Source: Tubiluchus corallicola
Taxonomy: Eukaryota > Animalia > Priapulida
Direction of reading: 5' to 3'
Assembly: GCA_030141605.1 (NCBI GenBank)
Contig: JAQGDQ010000590.1
Span: 70,190 to 134,189, forward strand
DNA length: 64,000 nt
In this document: positions 49,816-61,832 of the stretch, piece by piece
Numbering within the stretch: position 1 is the stretch's first letter
Layout: the number at the start of each line of letters is the position of its first letter
Translations under genes and position numbers: made by a program
Notes under the pieces: generated by a model
Told to the model about the DNA's origin: nothing
Database searches by the model: none
The model's input: only the letters and a program-made list of their open reading frames with translations

Positions 49816-51149
49816 AGATGAAACGACCTCATTTTCTCTTTTAGCTTATCGGTTAGCTTTTCCTGGAACTCTGTACAGCAGAGGGTCTTCTTGGGCTCTA
49901 GTAAGCAGCGGATTACTAAATTAGTAGTATGTACGATCATGCCATTGTACACCAGACTAAGCTATTCAACAGACTAAGTTGGAATGCCTGAAAGGGGCAA
50001 GATTGTCTTAATTTTATCCAATTAAACCACTTATAAATGTTTAAACAAATAGCATGATAGGATACGTGATATAATAACATAGAAACATAATAACAAATGC
50101 TGAAAATAACATAGATGATGTTTTAACAAGGTAGGGTAGACGTCACAAACACTGTAGCTCGTCCGACATTAGTCTGTGTATGACTGTTGCCCTAATTGTT
50201 TTTAGAATCATAGTTTTTGCTTAATAAGCCTTTGCACGATTTCGTTGTGCGCACACGCAGTTGCTGTGGGTCAAAGGTTAAGTGTACCACAGCAACACGT
50301 CTTAACTACAGTAGTCACGTGACATGTGTGTAAAACTAAGCCTTCTACCGCATCATTACAGTAACTTCAGTTGTTTCACGTGGACTTTGTTTAAATGTGG
50401 ATTAGCCTTTATGTAGAGAGATTTACTAGCAGGATCTTGATTGGGAACAAGGAAAATAAACTAGGTAAAATTCTAGCTAGCTGTTTAGTCTGTTAGTATT
50501 ACAATAGCATGGGCTGCGAGGCGTTGTCAAGTGTACACGAATGCGTTGTCTGGTTCAGTTAATCTTTGACCTTTCAACGATCATCATTAATCGCTTCAAC
50601 TGTGAAAAGGCTTATTAATTTGGGTAATCTTGTTTACTCATGTGTACTTCGCCTACTTTTATCTTATCGTTGTTATCTGGAAAAAGTTCTAGCCCCCGTC
50701 ATTTCAAAATTGATGATTGTTGAATATCAGAAAGTACTGCATCGTACACTTGCCATACTATATAACTCATTCTGCAATGACGATAACGATTGATGATTGT
50801 TCAATATCAAAAAGTACTGCATCGTACACTTGCCATACTATATAACTCTCATTCTACAATGACGATAACGATTGATGAAACTTCCTCCTTTGAATTTTTA
50901 ATAGCTAAGAGAACGTTTAAACTCTTGGCATGTGTAAATCGGTCAACAAGTACTGTCTTAAAAATACTGTCACTTGTAAACATGTATTCTACTTGTACAA
51001 CCCTAGGAGCGAATAGGACATTTATCGCGCAAAATATTTGCAATTTTAATAACTCTACTCTTAATAATCGTGATATATTTGCTTACGAGTTGTGCTTACT
51101 TACTGAAGGGAAAACCACCTTAGCGTATGTAGAAATTCCTCAGATTATA

Positions 51150-51712
51150 AAATCAGTTATTATTTTCAGCACACAAGGATTGTCATACCATCTGAAGTGT
51201 ATAAAATCAATCTTTATTTTCAGCACACAAGGATTGCCATGCCATCTGAAGTGTATAAAATCCATCATTATTTTCAGCAATTAAGGATTGTCACGCCATC
51301 TGAAGTGTATAAAATCAATCATTATTTTCAGCACACAAAGATTGTCATACCATCTGAAGTGTATAAAATCAATCTTTATTTTCAGCACACAAGGATTGTC
51401 ATGCCATCTGAAGTGTATAACATCCGTTATTATTTTCAGCAATCAAGGATTGTCACGCCATCTGAAGTGTATAAAATTTATCATTATTTTCAGCACACAA
51501 GGATTGTCACGCCATCTGAAGTGTATAAAATTCATCATTATTTTCAGCAATCAAGGGTTGTCACGCCATCTGAAGTGTATAAAATCCATCATTATTTTCA
51601 GCAATCAAGGATTGTCATGCCATCTGATGTGTATAAAATCCATCTTTATTTTCAGCAATCAAGGTTTGTCACGCCATCTGAAGTGTATAAAATCAATCAT
51701 TATTTTCCAGCA
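51150..51712 (+). repeat. 54-bp minisatellite ending at, and containing, a 3' splice site; about 10 copies
   Basis: ttattttcag|caNNcaaggattgtcacgccatctgaagtgtataaaatcaatca. Confidence 0.92.
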
Positions 51713-51882
51713 AACTATAATGTGCGTATTCTCTATTGATCAAATTCCTCTCAGCAAACTACAACAGTGACAAGGAAGAATGTCAATATTTTGCTGAGGG
51801 CTTCGTTGAATCAGAAATAAACACAGACAACGATCCTTTTGTAGATGAAGACGGTTGGGATGTAATTTACTATCATATAGGG
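51711..51882 (+). CDS. PAN/apple-like exon with premature TAA
   Basis: ttttccag| and GGG|gtacgt; phase 2/0 bridges the flanking exons exactly. Confidence 0.6.
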
Positions 51883-52261
51883 GTACGTATAATGCATAAC
51901 GCAACATCTAATTAAGAAACGACTCGAAAAACAAGGAGTTAGTGGGAAGTGAATGGGTACTGTGTAATTAACACAAGGTAAATAGTAAAGCATAAATTCT
52001 TATAGTTAGGTTTTTTGGTTTTGGATTTCTATATTAATATTTTATCAACTATAAACAGTTGCTGGCTGGTTATTGCACGGCCTACTTATTTTATTCATTT
52101 AGCTGTTAATTATTTGATTAGTGTAATTGTTGTTTTTGGTTTGTTAAACAAAATTTTGTTCATGTTTATTTATTCATTCATTGATTTATATGTCACCTAA
52201 AAAGCTCGATCGGTGTCCCGATGGAACTATAGTAAGCTTAACCCTTGTTTGACGTATTGGT

Positions 52262-52725
52262 CTGTCCGTCGACCTGTTAATGGCTCAGTAACTTAATAGT
52301 TTCAACAACAAAGGATAATCTAGTCTGTTCGTCGACCTGTTAATGACTCAGTAACATAAAAGTTTCAACAACAAAGGATAATTCAGTCTCTCAGTCGACC
52401 TGTTAATGACTCAGTAACATAATAGTTTCAACAACAAGAGATAATCTAGTCTCTCTGTCGACCTGTTAATGACTCAGTAACATAATAGTTTCAATAACAA
52501 GGGATAATCTAGTCCGTTCGTCGACCTGTTAATGACTAAGTAACTTAACAGTTTCAACAACAAAGGATAATCTAGTGTTTCCGTCGACCTGTTAATGACT
52601 CAGTAACATAAAAGTTTCAACAACAAAGGATAATCTAGTCTGTTCGTCGACCTGTTATTGACTCAGTAACTTAATAGTTTCAACAACAAGGGATAATCTA
52701 TTCTCTCTGTCGACCTGTTAATGAC
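52262..52725. repeat. 63-bp minisatellite, about 7.5 copies, most with TGACTCA
   Basis: gtcgacctgttaatgactcagtaac period 63 (52268 to 52331). Confidence 0.92.
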
Positions 52726-53371
52726 TGCTAAGGGCTGACAGCTACGGAGGGGGGGGGGTTCTCACGGTGTTACTCCTTTAGTCATCAAGCATCGATTACG
52801 TCTTCGTTCATAAATAACAAAAGAGTTAAGCCTAGGTTTAAAATTATATTTTGCCATGATAATTTTAACATATTAGGGTGGGTTATAATACAATGCAAAC
52901 AGGTAAGAATTCATAATGTTAGCTACCTCATTAAAATTAAAATTCAGTTTATTTCACCAGCAAACTACAACAAAGCAAATATACATGTACAGCTTCTTGT
53001 ATAATTGAAAACAGCAAAAAAAAATTATGATTCCCTAGAAATACTATATTGAGGTGTTGAAGTTTGCCGCATGATAGCTAAAAGGGGACCTTGTTAGGCT
53101 ACCATAAAATGTAAAATAAAGAATGAAGAAGGTAGATGATGAGAAAAGAAGAGCTATGTTGCAGTTAGTAGACAGAAGGAAAGAAGAAGCCAAAAGAAAA
53201 CATATAATAAAAAAACAATGACCATGTTCACATTAGCTACAACTGATTTTTGACAAGCAGCCATTGGTGGACGGCCAGGATGAATCACCAGCCAAGTGAA
53301 TTATTCACTATTAGACATAAGACAAAAACAATATTAGAATCTTAGTATTAGTGTTAAATCTAGCTATATAC

Positions 53372-53486
53372 TCAGACCGTGGCGCCACGTAATGGGGAAA
53401 ATAGTGCACAGACCGTGGCGCCACGTAATGGGGAAAATAGTGTACAGACTGTGGCGCCACGTAATGGGGAAAATAGTGTACAGACG
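53372..53486. repeat. 36-bp tandem repeat x3
   Basis: gaccgtggcgccacgtaatggggaaaatagtg. Confidence 0.85.
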
Positions 53487-54304
53487 TCCGGTTGGTCGGC
53501 AGGTTTCTCAACAAGTCCTGTTCACCACAAAGAGCAAGAAACGGGCTCCTGACGACTGGTATCGGTCGCTCACCACCAGCGTACTCTCACCATTGGTACT
53601 CAGAACTCCAAGCATCACTTATGGCTGACTCATATGGCAATCCTCTCAAGCAATGACTCTAATAACTCTAAGGCTGACGTCCACCACCTCGATGGTCTCA
53701 CCAGGTGTGGTTATTTAACAGTCCATCAAATACGGCCACTAATCACCATCTCATAGCGGGTGAACTACGTTCCTCCGTAACAATTACACTACAACTAGTT
53801 CTTGCACCTAGCGCTTCATTCATTAGTGTAATTACGAAACAATAAAGGTTCAAAGCATCAAACTGCTGACAATCGGTCTACGTTTGTCTGAACTAGTTAA
53901 AGGTGAAGGTATTTCAACCACTTTTGACCGTTACATAGCCCGGATTGACTGTCTATTTTCACACGGGTAACGGTGATTAGATAATAGGTCAGTGTCAAGC
54001 AAGTGCTTCATAGAATGAGCGATTACCACTGTAAGGGGGGAAGCTAGAACAAACTAAATGTCTATTACTGTCTAGGTTCCAAGAAGGTTATAAAAGCGGG
54101 GTTTCTAATATCAGGTGGCTACAGAGTAATAACAAAAATGGTGCAAGGGAAATATACCCCTAACTGATGCCGGTATTGAAAAGAGGCACCTTTGGTCTAT
54201 GGGGCGTCACACGCATCTATAATGAGCACATTCCTGAAAATAAGAGCCCTTACTTCATCTTAAATGATTACATATCGTAGTGTTGCCATTCGTGTTATTT
54301 TCAG

Positions 54305-54493
54305 CTGGAAGGGATGCCACTGGGCATGAGTGATGGCACCATACCAAATGAAGCAATTTCTGGAACGCTTTCACACGGGGGCGAGAATAACGCCAGATTA
54401 GAAGGTCCTCCTTACGGATGGCGTATGTATACTGGAGCCGTGCTAACTATACAACTAGGAGGACCTCGAACCATCACTGGAATTACTACGCAC
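54305..54493 (+). CDS. F5/8 type C (discoidin) domain, exon a
   Basis: ttttcag| and |gtatgt; PLGMSDGTIPNEAISG...ARL...TITGITTH. Confidence 0.85.
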
Positions 54494-55257
54494 GTATGTT
54501 TTTTGCCACAATAGTATTCTCACGAGTGCTCTCATGAATGCGCGAATGTTTGGTACAAGCAAATTTGGTACGAGGAAAGTTTGATACTGATTTGGTAGTA
54601 TGAATTTTTAGTACGTGGTACTATGGTAGATGTAAATTTGGTACTGTCATTTTAAGTACAAGGAATTTTTGGTACTAGAAAAATGTGGTACGAGGAAAAT
54701 ATGATACCAGGATTGTTTAGTACTCAGAAATATTGATACAGAAAGGTATTGGTACTAAAAAGATGTGGTACGAGGAAAATATGGTACCAGGATTGCTTTG
54801 TACTCAGAAATATTGGTACATAAAAGTTCTGGTACTAGAAAAATGTGGTGCGAGGAAAAATTCGTACAAGGAAAGTTTGGTATTGGAAAATTTGGTACTA
54901 AACGAAAAAGGGAACATTTCTATACCTCAGGACAAAATAATTGCTTCAAATAGAAAATAGAAAATTTTGGCAAGAGAACCTTTTGAGAAGGAAGCCTATA
55001 TGTAAGCGATTAAACTTCTAATTTTATATGAATCCAAAAACTAGTTTACATCGAGTTAAATGTATACTATGAAACAGGTTGCCAAGGGCAGATCCATGCA
55101 ACCATGAATATACACTCTAACTCGAGAAGCGCCATACTGGCGTTGTTCTCCACATCCGTGACGTCATACTAAAACTTTCGCAGTGACGTCATACTAATTT
55201 TTTCGTTCACCGCATCTAGTGGATTCAAGTAGTTGAGGACAAAACTGTGATTTGTAC

Positions 55258-55897
55258 TTAACGGACAAGAAAAGGGGTACCTAAAGTAGGGTTCAGAAAA
55301 ATCGCCTTAAAAAATTATATTACATTTTTATGCGTATAGAGTACTCGTGTTGAAAGGTTTTTTTGTTTGTTTTCATTTTAAATCTCCCGCAGTACTGTTC
55401 TGACGCGCCATTACATGACGTCACCTACGCAAACGTAAATCAGGGGAAGAAAAGGAAATGTTAAATTATGTGCCAAAAACTTTTCTTATAAAGTTATATT
55501 ACTTAGCATTTCGCTTACCTGCTTGAAAGACTTAGGTAACTAGAAAAGAAAAGTATTAATTATTTAAAATGCTTTCACCAACTGGTAAAATGTCGCTGAC
55601 TCACCCTCCAGGGTGCACCACTCACTAACCAAAAACGTATCTTTAATTTTATTGACGAGATACAGTAATTTAAAATTTTACTTAGTTACTGACATGCGTG
55701 CTACGAATGCTGCGATCATTTTTCAAACTTTACACAATGTTATCTAAACTGTCATCGTGGGAGTTTAAATTTACAAATTTTATGTACCGTTACTGCCGAC
55801 GCAACCCCTGCATGCAAAAAAACAGTATGTAAGCGTTATAAAATTTCAAAACGAATTTTTTAGCGTTATGTAAGTGGAAGGTTTTCTTGTGCTTTAA
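55258..55897 (+). mobile_element. MITE family C, full length
   Basis: ttaa|cggacaagaaaa...ttttcttgtgct|ttaa. Confidence 0.8.
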
Positions 55898-56813
55898 CAT
55901 TAAAAAAGGCTTTTGCCTGTTTAAGATAAGAAGTTGCTGTTGCCAATTTTGCTACGTATGGTTGAAATGGTGCAACAATAAAACATTAAAAAATGTTCTT
56001 CGGCAGCAATAAGACTTTTAGCGCAAATCATTCTTTAAAAATCTGGACTGTTCCTTTAAACATTTTACTACACCTTAGATCGTAGTTTTATTATTTTAAC
56101 ATCAATTAATTTCGAACACTTGTGAAAACAGTCTAAAAATGGTTTTATTTATTTCTAAGTTTCTATTTTTTACTGTTTAAATGGTAATACTATTTTAAAG
56201 GAAGACCGGACGATTGTTTAGACTCAATCTCATTTTAATTTACTGTCCAAAATATACGTCTTCTTGCCTATAACAGTTAATAATTGTTCCTTGTATTTGA
56301 ATAATTAGCTTAGAAAATAAAGGTCAACCGAACACTGCTATTGCTTACGTCAGAAATTAACCACAGTTTGTGCAATGGCAGGCATCTTCCCTTACGCGTC
56401 AAGCACGTTTGCGTAAGTACTGCTTAAACGCATGATGTCACGAAATTGGGCTTTACATCATACGACGTCAGAAACTAACATTTCAGTTCATGATCATGCT
56501 TATCACTGTATCGCCTTCTATTTGTCGGCCACGCGCACGTGACAAAAAGGCGCCGCTGCCAATCTTAGTAGATTCACTGAGCCGTGCGTAGCTTTGAAAG
56601 TTTAACAAAATTTGCGTATCCGAGGTAATTATTATTTAATCTAAGCTTTGATTTAAAAAAAGCTATTGTAGTTTTCGGTATTTTAGAGGATTCTTTATTC
56701 TGAACTCGTGTTTACACAATCATCCGGTTTTCTTTTAGGTAAACAAAAGGCAAAGTATCGACTAAAGCATTAACAAGCGACTAAAATTAGATTTTAAAAT
56801 ATTAAATTTTCAG

Positions 56814-56927
56814 GGTTGTCGATCAGTATGTACGTATGACTTGTGGGTTACACGATACACGTTATCATACAGCAAATCAAGCAATGCATCTTCTTGGCAA
56901 GATTATCTTACAAACGATGGATCCGCC
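56814..56927 (+). CDS. F5/8 type C domain, exon b
   Basis: ttttcag| and |gtaagt; GCR...WVTRYTLSYS...WQDY. Confidence 0.85.
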
Positions 56928-56986
56928 GTAAGTTGCATTCATAGACTACTGATAGTGCAGATTGATAGGTCAAAATTAGCTGTTCC

Positions 56987-57405
56987 TAGTGGCGGATTTA
57001 GGGGGTGGGTCCAAGGGGTCTGACCCTCGCTTTCACAGTAACAGCTACAACACACCAAGTTAATGTTTTCTCTAAATTATAAGCATTAGAACGATTTGCT
57101 AAATCCTAAAGATGCCTTAAATCATATATCACAAGAAAACAGATGAAAGTTACGTACATCATGTATGCTGTGTAGTGTATGTCGATATATTGGTATGTAA
57201 TTTTGAATCAAAGATGAGATGACACCTGTTCTAAGCTAGTGATGGTTTCCTAGAGATGGTTTCTAGACGGTAGGAAAGTGGTCTAAAATGCAGCAAAAAG
57301 GATTGTTGTCCGGGGGGACCTGGCTGGGGAGCTTACGCCGCTCCCCAGCCCCTAACTGCTTTTCCGTAGGGCCCACCGTTGTTCTATAACCTGCATCCGC
57401 CCCTG
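56987..57405. mobile_element. hAT-like MITE
   Basis: tagtggcggatttagggg ... ctgcatccgcccctg termini. Confidence 0.6.
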
Positions 57406-57620
57406 ATTCCTGTACTTCCTTTATTCACTCATGTAATTCTATCATTCTATCAGTAATACCTAAATTATTCACAACCAATGTAAGTTCATGCAGTGATAAT
57501 AACACATATATCTACAACCACTTGGTTTAGTCATTTGAATGTAAGAAATAAAGGAGGTAGTCCGTTTTAAAATCTAATGAACATCTTTAAAACCAAACAT
57601 TCAGCTTTTAAAACCTTCCT

Positions 57621-59274
57621 CAGGTTATCTCTAGTAGGGCTTATTTTAGGTTATCTCTAGTAGAGATTATTATAGGTTATTTCTAATAGGGCCTATTTCA
57701 GGTTATTTCTAATAGGCCTTATTCAGGTTATTTCTAATAGGCCCTATTTCAGGTTATTTCTTATGTGCCCTATTTCAGGTTATTTCTAATAGGGCCTATT
57801 TCAGGTTCTTTCTAATAGGGCCTATTTCGGGTTATTTCTAATAGGGCCTATTTCAGGTTTTTTTTCTAATAGGGCCTATTTCAGGTTATTTCTAATAGGG
57901 CATATTCCAGGTTATTTCTAATAGGGCCTATTTCTGGTTCTTTCTAATGGTTCCCTTTTCAGGCTGTTTCTAATAGGGCCTATTTCAGGTTATTTCTAAT
58001 AGGACATATTTCAGGTTATTTCTAATTGGGATTAATTCAAGTTATTTCTAATAGGCCCATTTCAGGTTATTTCTAATAGGGCTTATTTCAGGTTATTTCT
58101 AATAGGGCCTATTTCAGGTGATTTCTAATAGGGCCTATTTCAGGTAATTTCTAATAGGGTCTATTTCAGGTTATTTCTAATAGGGTTTATTTCAGGTTAT
58201 TTCTAATAGGGGGTATTTCAGGTTATTTCTAATAGGGCCTATTTCGGGATATTTCTAATAGGGCCTATTTCAGGTGATTTCTAATAGGGCCTATTTCAGG
58301 TGATATCTAATAAGGTCTATTTCAGGTTATCTCTAATAGCGCCTATTTCAGGTTATTTCTAATAGGGCCTATTTCAGGTGATTTCTAATAGGGCCTGTTT
58401 CAGGTGATATCTAATAGGGTCTATTTCAGGTTATCTCTAATAGCGCCTATTTCAGGTTATTTCTAATAGAGCCTATTTCAGGTTATTCCAAATATGACCT
58501 ATTCAGGTTATTTCTAATAGGTCCTATTTCAGGTGATATCTAATGGTTCCTTTTTCAGGCTGTTTCTAATAGGGCCTATTTCAGCATATTTCTAATAGGG
58601 GCCTCTTTCAGGTGATTTCTAATAGGGTCTATTTCAGGTTATCTCTAATAGTGCCTATTTCAGGTTATTTCTAATAGGGCCTATTTCAGGTTACTTTTAA
58701 TAGTGCCTATTTCAGGTTATTTCTAATAGGGCCTATTTCAGGTTATTTCTAATAGGACCTATTTCAGGATATTTCTAATAGGACCTATTTCAGGATATTT
58801 CTAATAGGGCCTATTGCAGGTGATTTCTAATAGGGGCCTCTTTCAGGTGATTTCTAATAGGGTCTATTTCAGGTTATCTCTAATAGTGCCTATTTCAGGT
58901 TATTTCCAATAGGGCCTATTTCAGGTTACCTCTAATGGTGCCTATTTCAGGTTATTTCTAATAGGGCCTATTTCAGGTTGTTCGAAATGGGACTTATTTC
59001 AGGTTATTTCTAATAGGGCCTATTTCATGTTATTTCTAATAGGGCCTGTTTCAGGTTATTTCTAATAAGGCCTATTTCAGGTTATTTCTAATAGGGCCTA
59101 TTTCAGGTTATTTCTAATAGGGCCTATTTCAGGTTATTCCAAATAGGACCTATTTCAGGTTATTTCTAATAGGGCCTATTTCAGGTTATTTCTAATGGTT
59201 CTTTTTTCAGGCTGTTTCTAATAGGGCCTATTTCAGATTATTTCTAATAGGCCGTATTCCAGGCTGTTTCTAAT
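57621..59274 (+). repeat. 26-bp minisatellite (GTTATTTCTAATAGGGCCTATTTCAG), about 63 copies
   Basis: Direct reading; lies in intron 56928-60459. Confidence 0.97.
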
Positions 59275-59409
59275 TTCTATTTCATTTGTACAATGACTTC
59301 CAACTCTCTGTGCATTGGGCTTAATTCTGCTAGTCAACTATAGTTAGAAGCAATAGAAAACTAACATTTCAAACAAATCTGCAAAAGTTGAAAAACGTAA
59401 CGTATGCAG

Positions 59410-59545
59410 CTTTAACAAGTAGCAAAGTGTCCGCTTTCTGTCTGGGAGGTCGTAAGTTCGATATTGCAGCCGGATCATACAAACGACTTTAATATTGATA
59501 CCTGCTGTTGCCCTGTCTGATGCGTGGTATTTATGGCAAAGGTAG
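59410..59545 (+). mobile_element. tRNA-derived SINE relic
   Basis: Degenerate tRNA head (agtgtccgc...gggaggtcgtaagttcgat) followed by a ggatcatacaaacgactttaatattgatacctgctg body typical of metazoan SINEs. Confidence 0.65.
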
Positions 59546-60459
59546 GATAATAATAATTTCTCATACGTAGGTATAGTTTGTTACTTACAATCGGCAGGCA
59601 GGCTCGTGGCAGGCTTGTATTGTTTGTTGAATTTAAAGTCAACTTTAACCAAAGATTATCTTCATCGTCATCATCATCACCACCGCTGCTGAGGCCAACG
59701 GCTCCGCCTCATCCACTGCCACCAACTAGGAGCAACCTAGCCTACCAAGCACTAGCTAATATATATATTTGTCATTAATCAAATGATATAGATCTACTGA
59801 GCTAGTTCAATCGTAAGCATATACTAGATCTACTGAGCTAATTTAATCGTAAGCAATTACTAGATCTACTGAGCTAGTTTAATCGTCAATCGTAGAACTC
59901 CATGTGACTTTTTTCTCTTTTCCATCTTTTTTTGTTCACACGAAGAAGAGCTGCCATGGTAATTCGAAACATCGTGACCTTTCTTTCCTTTTCCCTGGTT
60001 TTTAATTTTGGAATTTTTTTATTTGTTACTCATTCTGGTCATTGAGAATTAATCAGTGTATTCATAGGACAGAACATGTTTCCCATTATTTGTGTGTAAA
60101 GAGTTTTCGCTGTTCAATCCCGTGATAACAGGAAACGGAAATCTTTTATCTGGGCCCGTAGTCAATTCGATGCCATTCACATTTTTATTTCGGTACCTAA
60201 CAACATACAAAATACAAATACAGTACTAAAATGAAATAAAATACAACGAAATAAAAATTACCAGAGTAAATTTATATGCAGGTTAGTAAATTAAAAGGTA
60301 AATAAATTTCAGAGGCCAATTATGTAATAATTCGTTCCATTTCACAAAAAGCAATAGTTAGCAAGTCTATGTGAGTTAATAATAGCTGTTAACATACTAT
60401 TGCCAGTGTACAGTACTAACCTACTTCATTATATGAAATAATTGTATTTATAATTGTAG

Positions 60460-60621
60460 GTAAAGTTATTTGAAGACAACTTTGACAGGCGCACGCACGT
60501 TTCCCACGAGGTTTTAATGGTAGATGCTTATGCTGTTCGCGTTCACGTGGTTGAAGTACATCGTGGTAGTGAAGGGCAAGTTGGATCACTAGCCCTGAAA
60601 TTATACGGCTGTTTTACGTAG
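60460..60621 (+). CDS. F5/8 type C domain, terminal exon c
   Basis: ttgtag|; VKLFEDNFDRRTHV...VRVH...LKLYGCFT*. Confidence 0.85.
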   Translation, partial: VKLFEDNFDRRTHVSHEVLMVDAYAVRVHVVEVHRGSEGQVGSLALKLYGCFT

Positions 60622-60884
60622 ACAAGCTACATCATTCTAATTGTTTTACTGAACTTTTTCGTAAGCATACGTGTTGTGGTGCTACGGTTTCAAACCCACA
60701 ATAAAATATCTATATCAATGCAGTATTTCAGTTATTAACTTCATATCACTTGCTCCTTCAGTACCCTAAGTATATGTTGAATTTCACATGGTTTCATGAA
60801 ATCTCATACTAAGCAGCAATTATATTATATTTAATTTTTCTTGGTTTCTACACCTCACACATGGATTTTCAGGTAAAATTATAT

Positions 60885-61345
60885 ATGAGTTGCATTTGCT
60901 TGGACAAATTAAAAATTGATGTTTTACGAAAAAATTTAAGAAAGCTTTCAGTAACTGCATTGTTTGCACTGTAACAATATACAGTATCAGTTGTGTGAAA
61001 TCAGCTAATGCAGAAAATTTCAGCTATCCACACACAACACTCTGATACACTTCGGCCTCTACTCTATTTTTAAGGAGAAGTTCCTGTTAAAGGATGAAAC
61101 GACTTAATTTGTCCTTGGCTGATTAATTAGTTTTCTCCTAGAATAGCAACAGAACTCTGCACTGTTTGGGCTGTAGCAAGCAGGTGATTTATAAAATAGT
61201 GTGTACGACTATGCAAGTGTACACCAGACTAAGCTACTCAATAGGCTAAGTTGCAGTGAATGAAAAGGGCATGTTTTTCTTTATTTTACCAAACTAAATC
61301 ACTTAAAATATTAAAATAAATAGCACAATTGGATGGCTGATATTT
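60885..61345 (+). mobile_element. Interspersed repeat family F (uninterrupted copy; interrupted copy at 48930-50075)
   Basis: Shared gctttcagtaactgca.tgtttgcactgtaacaat and gtacaccagactaagcta. Confidence 0.75.
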
Positions 61346-61404
61346 TCCTGCGTAGAACAGTACCAAATTACTAATCATTTAGCTATGTCTGTGCACATTT
61401 TAAT

Positions 61405-61832
61405 AGGGTTATAACTTTTAACTTTTTGTAAAATAACTGATTTCCTACATTATCAATTGATGAACTTTTGCTTAAAAATAACAAAAATTACCTTAATTCC
61501 ATTCAGTATTTAATAATGTCACCCCAACACAAAATTTCAAAAATTCTGTACACGTTTATATGGGAGTATCGGTACTATGAGTATCTGGAGACTTCTAGAA
61601 TTTTCTAGAACGTTCAGGATGCTTCTAGAAGATTCTGATAATTTTGATAACATTCTAGTGTCTTCTAGAAAAAAATTAACCTTTTAAAATTTAATATGGT
61701 AAATCCAATTTTTGGTTTGGGGCGACCTTTTTTGGAAATAAAATAAAATTAATGCCTTTTTTGTTAATTTTGGAAAAAAAGTTCATAGATTTATAACACA
61801 GGAACATGGGGTTACAAAAAAGTCATAACCCT
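61405..61832. mobile_element. MITE with long imperfect inverted ends
   Basis: tagggttataactttt ... aaaaaagtcataaccctg, with about 130 bp of imperfect inverted similarity. Confidence 0.6.

Larger units (their letters stand above)
48338..60621 (+). pseudogene. Secreted PAN/apple + F5/8 type C (discoidin) gene, 5 exons, with an in-frame TAA in exon 2 (null allele, pseudogene or sequence error)
   Basis: Exons 48338-48528, 51711-51882, 54305-54493, 56814-56927 and 60460-60621 phase-match (2,0,0,0). Exon 2 reads SKL*CAY...SANYNSDKEECQYF...GWDV (TAA at 51718-51720). Exons 3-5 give PLGMSDGTIP..ARL...W...LGGPRTITGITTHG...WVTRYTLSYS...WQDY...KLF..NFD...LYGC*. Confidence 0.7.

Noticed and set aside
51718-51720. 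Stop-codon recoding or alternative genetic code
   Set aside because: TAA is a normal terminator for the BTB gene in this window and is not the selenocysteine codon; a single instance is better explained by mutation or error.
50790-51770. 160-180 aa ORFs
   Set aside because: Translations of the 54-bp minisatellite.
59410-59480. tRNA gene
   Set aside because: No intact cloverleaf; it continues into a SINE-type body.
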